64,000 nucleotides of DNA from Hormiphora californensis (Eukaryota > Animalia > Ctenophora): NCBI GenBank assembly GCA_020137815.1, contig CM035351.1, positions 4,154,001 to 4,218,000 of the forward strand, in the 5' to 3' direction. How positions within the stretch are numbered: the first letter of the stretch is position 1; every line of letters starts with the position of its first letter. Positions 55,901 to 64,000 of the stretch are shown here, piece after piece. The notes below the pieces were generated by a model. That model was not told the origin of the DNA, made no database searches, and saw nothing but the letters and a program-made list of their open reading frames with translations. A program made the translations under genes and the position numbers.

Positions 55901-57856
55901 GGAAATGGTGGTGGCCTGGTAGAAGGCGGTAGTGCTGAGGGGAGGCTGGAGTCATGGAGGAAACACTTTTCTGGGATACTCGGTGAACCGCCTAGTGTTC
56001 CTGATGAGGACCTTGTCATTAATACAGTATGTGAGGAGCTCCCTATATCTACTGATACGTTCAGTCAGGATGAGTATACCGCAGCTAGGAGGTCCATTAA
56101 GGAGGGGAAGGCGCCTGGAGATGATGGTCTAGCACCTGAGGTCCTGAAACGGGGAGGTGTCGATGACATTGTATTAGAGTTCTTCAACGATGCACTGGAA
56201 TATGGTAGTTTCCCTGAACAATGGAAGAGCCTTCTTATAGTTCCAGTTCCTAAAAAGGGGGACCTCACTAAAACTAGTAACTATAGGGGAATCTCTCTGA
56301 CCTCCGTTGCTCTAAAAACTCTCAATAAGATGATCCTCAACCGCCTACTACCCCATATTGAGCCTATTTTGAGGGATAACCAGAATGGATTCCGACCAGG
56401 GAGGTCTACTACCAGTCACATTCTGGCCCTTCGGCGGCTGTTGGAAGGGGTAACAGAAAGGAAATTAACTTCTGTTATCCTATTTATAGACTTTCGGCGT
56501 GCGTTTGATTCTTTGCACAGGGGTATTCTTATGCGCATTCTGAGAGCGTACGGTATTCCTGACAAATTAGTTCGGCTTATAGAATGTTCGTACGAGGACA
56601 CCATGGCCCGGGTTAAAACGGAGGACGGACTCACGGAGGCTATATTAATTCTGGCTGGCGTTTTACAGGGGGACACCTTGGCTCCATATTTGTTTATTAT
56701 AGCTATTGACTATGTCATGAGAGAGGCTCTAGCTGGTAGGGACGTTGGATTTACCCTCAGGAAGAGGAAGAGTAGGCGTTATCCTGAAGTGAAGATCACA
56801 GACACCGATTACGCTGATGACCTGTCACTCCTTTCGGACACAATCGAACAGGCACAGGAATTCTTAGAAAGTCTGGAAACGGCAGCGGCTGCAGTTGGTC
56901 TTCACCTGAATGAAGGGAAGACTAAGTTTATGGCTACTGGTATAGAGGAACCTTCCCTCGTTAGCTCTACGGGAAACTATCTAGAACAAGTGGAAGATTT
57001 CGTTTACCTTGGTGCCCACCTTAAATCGACGGAGAAGGATTTTAACATTAGGAAGGCTAAGGCCTGGGCAGCCTGTCATAGACTCAAAGGAATATGGAAA
57101 ACTGACCTGAGAAGGAGCATTAAGGTAAACCTGTTCCGTACTACTGTAGAGGCTATTCTATTATACGGCGCTGAAACGTGGACCCTTACATCTACTATGG
57201 AGAAACAATTGGATGGCTGTTATAGTAGGATGCTACGCATGGCGCTTGGCATCAACTGGTGGGATAGGGTCTCTAATGAGGAAGTCTTCCAGAATGTCCC
57301 CAGAGTTTCTGAGACTGTGAGGACTCGTAGACTTAGGCTGGCTGGACATGTCCACAGGCACGAGGAGCTAACAGCTCACCAACTGCTGTTTTGGGAACCT
57401 GATAGGGGCTCTAGAAGCCGGGGTAGACCCAAGAAAACCTATATTAACCAGCTCAGGGAGGATACTGGCCTATCTAATGATGGCGATATCAAGAGGCTAA
57501 TGGAAGATCGTGTGCTGTGGCGGACCGAACTGACTGCTCGGACAATGAAGCCGCCTTAAGTCAGTCAAGTAAGTCAAGCTATTTATGGGGCTCCCGAGGC
57601 GTTCTCCACAGTTCAAACTACCAAAATAGACGTGTATAGTTTTGGTGTGCTGGCGGTTGAGTTAGCGCTACAAAGACTACCAGACCCAGCTAGTAGAGAG
57701 TCCAGGATCAGGTCAGTGGAGAGTGCAGAGCTGAGGGAGTTGTGTGGTGCCATGCTAGCTAGAAGCCCTGAAAATAGACCCGAAATGAGAGATGTAACAG
57801 GGTGCCTTCGGGTAATTCTGAAACAACCTTCCGGTGTTCCCCAAGACTGTGTTTAA
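52908..57856 (+). pseudogene. Coiled-coil + TKL-type protein kinase interrupted in the activation loop by an RTE
   Basis: GTGAWG, VAVK, HRDISSCN, DFG up to ~53985; resumes at ~57578 with AIYGAPE...DVYSFG; stop at 57856. Confidence 0.88.
53985..57578 (+). mobile_element. RTE-clade LINE, near full length
   Basis: ~500-nt 5' UTR; endonuclease from 54485 (GTLNVRT, QEHR, YAPT, GDLNAH, SDH) with frameshifts at ~54960-55280; RT to 57559 (LQGDTLAPYLF, YADD, RGRPKKT); AAGTC-type tail. Confidence 0.92.
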
Positions 57857-58048
57857 TTTTTCACCCGATTTTATGTTGAGTATGTTTTGATCTTTTCTGT
57901 TTTTATGATTTTTGATTAAAGTTCTTGTTCACATTTTTATCAGAACTGTTGTATTTTTCCCGTTTCTCCCCTCTTGCAATCCCTAAACAAGATAACCTAC
58001 CCCTCCCTTGAGAATATAACCGACAACACACACATCTCACATAGCGAG

Positions 58049-59223
<1,175 letters not shown>

Positions 59224-59465
59224 AGAGAGAGATCATGGACAGTGACCCTCTTTTGATCTAAATTATAAATATCTAAGGATTAATTTTTATAGAAACCCAC
59301 GATTGTTGTTTTGTTTTCTACACTTGTCTTTCAACAAACTCAAAGCGGGAGTTTTTCTATTCTCAAACTCCTTACCCTTCATATTTTATATAAATCTCCC
59401 TGGTCCTCTAATCTCGCAAGTCCCAACAATATCCTCAATTATCTCAAAATATCTCCTGCTAGACA

Positions 59466-61763
59466 ATGAAATTGAATATCGATGGCCTACTGGTCTACTT
59501 CCCCTACGAATACGTGTATCCTGAACAATACACCTACATGCGGGAACTGAAACAGACACTGGACGCCAAGGGCCACGGTGTCCTGGAGATGCCTAGTGGA
59601 ACTGGCAAAACGACCACAATCCTCTCCCTGGTGGTCGCATATCTCAGGGAACACCCTGGCAAGCTCCAGAAACTAGTGTACTGTACCAGGACAGTCCCTG
59701 AGATGGAGAAGGTATTGGAGGAGATGAGAAGGTTGGATGAGTACTATACTCGGTCTGAGCAGACTCTGGGTTTTGTTACCGTTGGGTTAACCTCACGGAA
59801 ACACATGTGTGTTAACCCAGATGTGTTAAAGTTGAGGGAGGGAAAGAGTGTGGATGCTAAATGCCACTCTCTCACAATGGGTTGGATCAGGCAGAGAGAG
59901 GGAACGGACAAATGTTCGTGGTTTGAAGATTTCGAGGAGCGAGGAAAACACTCTCACCTTGAACCCGGTGTCTACAGTATGGATGATTTGAAGAATTATG
60001 GACGGGTCAAGGGATGGTGTCCCTATTTCCTATCCAGAACTGCCATCTACACAGCCAACATAGTGGTCTTCTCCTATCACTACATGTTGGATCCCAAAAT
60101 AGCGGAGCTTGTAACCAAGAACCTAACGAGTCAGGCGTGCATTATCTTTGACGAGGCTCACAACATTGATAATGTCTGTATTGACAGTATGAGCTTGGTA
60201 ATCACTCGGAAAACTCTAGAGAGAGCCAAGGACAATATAACGACTATTGATAACAGGGTACGGGATCTGAAAGAGAGGGACGCTCAGAAACTGCGGGATG
60301 AGTATAGTAAGTTAGTGGAGGGGTTGCGGCAGGCGGCTGAGGAGTCGGAGAACAACACGTACATGAGTAACCCTGTCCTACCAGAGGACATACTGAGGGA
60401 GAACGTGCCTGGGAATATTAGAAACTGTCAACATTTCCTGGCTTTTATGAGGAGGTTTGTTGAGTATCTTAAGGGTGTGCTAAAGGTGCAACATGTCGTG
60501 TCTGATACCCCTGCATCGTTCCTACAAAACATCCATTCTACGGTGTGTATAGAAAGGAAACCGCTCCGTTTTGTTACCCAACGTCTCAACTCTCTGATGA
60601 AGACACTTGAGATTCAGGACATGGAGAACTTCAGACCTCTCTCCGTTATAGCATCCTTTGCGACCCTCGTATCAACCTACTCTAAGGGGTTCAGTATAAT
60701 AATAGAACCGTATGACGCCCGAACACCCTCCATTTACAATCCAGTTCTCCACTTCACATGTATGGATGCGAGTATAGCCATCAAACCTGTCTTCTCCCGA
60801 TTTCAAAGTACCATCATCACCAGTGGGACTCTCTCCCCAATCGATATGTACCCCCGAATCCTGGATTTCAGACCAGTCACCACTTCATCATATTCAATGA
60901 CCCTAGCTAGGGACTGCATCCTGCCCCTTATTGTATCGCGTGGTGGGGATCAGGTATCAATATCATCACGATATGAGACCAGGGACGACATTGCAGTGAT
61001 CCGTAACTATGGCAACCTCCTAGCGGAGATGGCTGGAGTTGTGCCAGATGGAATGGTTTGTTTTTTTACGAGTTACGAGTACATGGATAGTGTTGTTTCC
61101 ACCTGGGTTAACCAGGGTATCATGAGCAACGTTCAGAAACACAAACTCGTCTTCTTTGAAACGCAAAACAACGCTGAAACTAACCTGGCCCTGGAGAACT
61201 ATTACAGGGCGTGTGATAATGGGAGGGGAGCTGTGTTGTTGTCGGTAGCCCGGGGTAAAGTATCTGAGGGTATTGATTTCCATGGTCATTATGGGAGGTG
61301 TGTCATTATGTTTGGTATACCTTACGTCTACACACAGAGTAGGGTACTCCGTGCTAGGTTGGACTACCTCAGGGAACAGTATCGGATCAGGGAGCAGGAC
61401 TTCCTGACTTTTGATGCCCTCAGACACGCCTCACAGTGTGTCGGGCGGGTCCTCAGAGGAAAGAGTGATTATGGGATTATGATATTCGCTGATAAGAGAT
61501 ATTCCAGGGCAGACAAACGGGGTAAAATTCCCCGGTGGATACAGGACCATTTAGGGGATGGGGTCAGTTCCCTGGCTACTGATGAAGCTGTGCAGATGGT
61601 GAAGGGCTTCCTTAGAAAGATGGCACAACCCTTCCCCCAGGAAGCCCAAATCGGACTTTCCATGTTGACCCACGAACAAGTGAGGAAGTTGGAGGAGAAG
61701 CATGAGAAAGAGAAACGTGTGGAGGAGGAGGGAGATGGTTACAGTGATGATATGTCAGAATAG
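59466..61763 (+). CDS. ERCC2: TFIIH helicase XPD, intronless
   Basis: [18 protein letters not shown], Fe-S cysteines, [26 protein letters not shown]. Confidence 0.97.
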   Translation: MKLNIDGLLVYFPYEYVYPEQYTYMRELKQTLDAKGHGVLEMPSGTGKTTTILSLVVAYLREHPGKLQKLVYCTRTVPEMEKVLEEMRRLDEYYTRSEQTLGFVTVGLTSRKHMCVNPDVLKLREGKSVDAKCHSLTMGWIRQREGTDKCSWFEDFEERGKHSHLEPGVYSMDDLKNYGRVKGWCPYFLSRTAIYTANIVVFSYHYMLDPKIAELVTKNLTSQACIIFDEAHNIDNVCIDSMSLVITRKTLERAKDNITTIDNRVRDLKERDAQKLRDEYSKLVEGLRQAAEESENNTYMSNPVLPEDILRENVPGNIRNCQHFLAFMRRFVEYLKGVLKVQHVVSDTPASFLQNIHSTVCIERKPLRFVTQRLNSLMKTLEIQDMENFRPLSVIASFATLVSTYSKGFSIIIEPYDARTPSIYNPVLHFTCMDASIAIKPVFSRFQSTIITSGTLSPIDMYPRILDFRPVTTSSYSMTLARDCILPLIVSRGGDQVSISSRYETRDDIAVIRNYGNLLAEMAGVVPDGMVCFFTSYEYMDSVVSTWVNQGIMSNVQKHKLVFFETQNNAETNLALENYYRACDNGRGAVLLSVARGKVSEGIDFHGHYGRCVIMFGIPYVYTQSRVLRARLDYLREQYRIREQDFLTFDALRHASQCVGRVLRGKSDYGIMIFADKRYSRADKRGKIPRWIQDHLGDGVSSLATDEAVQMVKGFLRKMAQPFPQEAQIGLSMLTHEQVRKLEEKHEKEKRVEEEGDGYSDDMSE

Positions 61764-61943
61764 CGTGACGTGACTCTCTGACGTCATAGGGTGTGGGTGA
61801 CAAGGACTGTTTTTATACGTGCTTTATTTTTGTTTCGTAATTTATTATTTTATCAAAGTTCAAACATCTCTAGCTCTTATAATTTCTGCAAAATGTTACA
61901 ACAACTATAATTTCTCGTGTTTTCAACAGAATGACAGGCGAGT

Positions 61944-64000
61944 ATGGGTGAATTGAATGCGAACCCTACCAGTAAGATCCATGTTCACTTATCGAGCAAG
62001 AGACAGGTTAAATCCAGCCATCTTCTGTCATGGCTGCTTCCCCAAATTACCAACAATGAATGCAACACGTTGGTAAGTACAAACTGCTGAAAAAATTGGT
62101 ATTTTGTTTTACAAACAAAGAAATCTCAGCTTGTTTAAATGTTCTACCCCGTTTTTAAAAAAAACCCTCTAGCTCTCTGCCGGGACGCGATGAGAGAGGC
62201 AAATATCTCAACCAGATCTAATACACAATTCTTTATCAGACTCCCCTAGATCCTGATATTGGACGGATCACTAATGACGTCATGATTGTGGGAGCAAATG
62301 TTCAGCTCACACTGAGTACCTCAATCTACAATGTGGCCCTCGTTCTGGACATGAGCCCTTCAATGTTTACTGTGGTACACGCTCCTTCATAAACACATTT
62401 AACTGCTCCTTCATAAACACATTTATTGCTCCTTCATAAACACATTTATTGCTCCTTCATAAACACATCTTCCTCTCCAGGATATGGATTACAAGAAGGT
62501 GATAGTGGAGGAAATGGAGGACGTGTTACGGAGTTGTCTGTCATCTCTAATCGACAGAGAGTCTGCGCCCCATCCGTGGAGTGAAGACCCGGACCTCCCC
62601 CTAGTGGTCAACATGACAGTTCTAGCTTTCACTCCGCAGTTCGAGAATAGGGTGAGTTTACCATTTTCTAGCCCTCTCTCGCTTTGCCTACCGACTGAAA
62701 TTATGAACAGTATGAAAACCCTCTCATACCTAAAATATTTCCCTTCAGATAATCTCCATTCTGGTGCAAGGGTTCCCTCTAACGTGTGATAACAAGAACA
62801 AACTAGAGGAAATCATACTAAGGGGATGTCACGAGATATATCATCACATTAAGATGCAGAGTCCAGAACAAGCCCGGTGTTCTACAGACGGTGTCCTGAA
62901 ACAGCTCGTCTCAGAGGTGCTTAGCATCCTAAAACTCCAATCCCAGGACAACGAGAATGGAGGAGAAAACAGCAAATTGGGTAATTGCGAAGCACTGCAC
63001 ATTTTGCTCTGATCTTGTCTTCCCTTGTGCCACTAACTTTAGTCTCCCACTAACAATCTCTCCCCCCCCCCTCTCCCTCTCAGCGATGATAATGATAACA
63101 GATGGAGTCCTGGGAGAGACTAAGAACACCTGGCCCATTCTCCAACGGTTCCATGCCCGCTCCACATCCTGCTCCTTTGTCCGAGTAGGACCCACTGAGC
63201 CCAGTACTTATGGGTACGGATACATCCCAAATCTAGCCATGCTGAACTTCCTCTCTCGGGCATCTGGTGGGGTCTACTGGGACTGGGGCCGGGGTGATAC
63301 TAACATTGGACGGATACTTCACTGGTCTCTGTTTTGTAAACCCGCTGAAGAGAAGGGACTGATTGTGAAACCAGTGGACCAACCAGTCAGTATTAACGCC
63401 TCTCTTGCATCACTCATTGCTCAGAAACTGTATCTTGGTTTCAAGATATCTGAGATATCAATCAAGGATCAAGGACGTAAGTTTTTAAAGTGGCCAAGCC
63501 AAGTTATCCAATATTCATTTGATTTGATTTTTCAAATCAAGTTAGCCATGACTAAAGAAAATAATCTGGCCCTCCTTTATTCTGTTCACTTCCACAACCT
63601 GTTCACCCGATTACAGTTGCCACGGATTTCTCGGGAGCCAAGATAACAGCTCTCAAGATTACCATGTCAATGGTATGGCGGAGACGGATTCACGTTCTGT
63701 ACGAGATTATGACGGACCTACCCCTTCAACACATCTCCAAACTGAAACTGTCCCTGTTTGTGTGCACTGATTGTGAGATAGTCAATAGACTACATGAAGA
63801 TGATAACTATAACACTCCAATAAAACTTCTACAACAAGTAAGATATATGGAGATGATCATTATCAGTGTTTGTGCACGACCTACTACCTTAGTCCTTGCC
63901 CACCGTATGTAGCACGTAACTTGAGAGCATCAGAAAGGAAATAAATCGGAGTGCAATGGCAAGCGTTATGAAACTTAGTGCAGTTGTAACTAACAACCAA
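61944..64000 (+). CDS. SZT2: SZT2 (KICSTOR scaffold)-like, 5' part; runs off the window
   Basis: Exons at ~61944-62072, 62250-62374, 62482-62651, 62750-63011, and 63084 onward; LDMSPS, ITDGV, CSFVRVG, GYIPNL..L.FL. Confidence 0.75.

Overview
Eukaryotic, intron-rich animal genomic DNA, probably a ctenophore. That assignment is an inference from gene content, unpaired splice acceptors before start codons and a MITE family I associate with cydippid ctenophores. Host genes: G-alpha-q (-) with a tandem array of duplicated first coding exons, LRRC40 (+), a small membrane protein, TEX33-like, glypican (-) and V-ATPase subunit H (+). These are followed by a tightly packed + strand run QCR9 / kinase (disrupted by an RTE LINE) / mitochondrial ACP / XPD / SZT2 that looks like a trans-spliced operon. 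Mobile DNA includes a near-intact L2/CR1-group LINE, an RTE LINE, and a 6.6-kb AT-TSD TIR element that splits a CRE-like retroelement and carries a stand-alone ORF1-like gene. There is also an unusual density of long, near-perfect foldback palindromes with different TSD lengths, and one tight three-way-junction element. Some microsatellite-rich stretches look like poor consensus sequence, so isolated frameshifts may be errors. All homology calls are from motif recognition; no searches were run.
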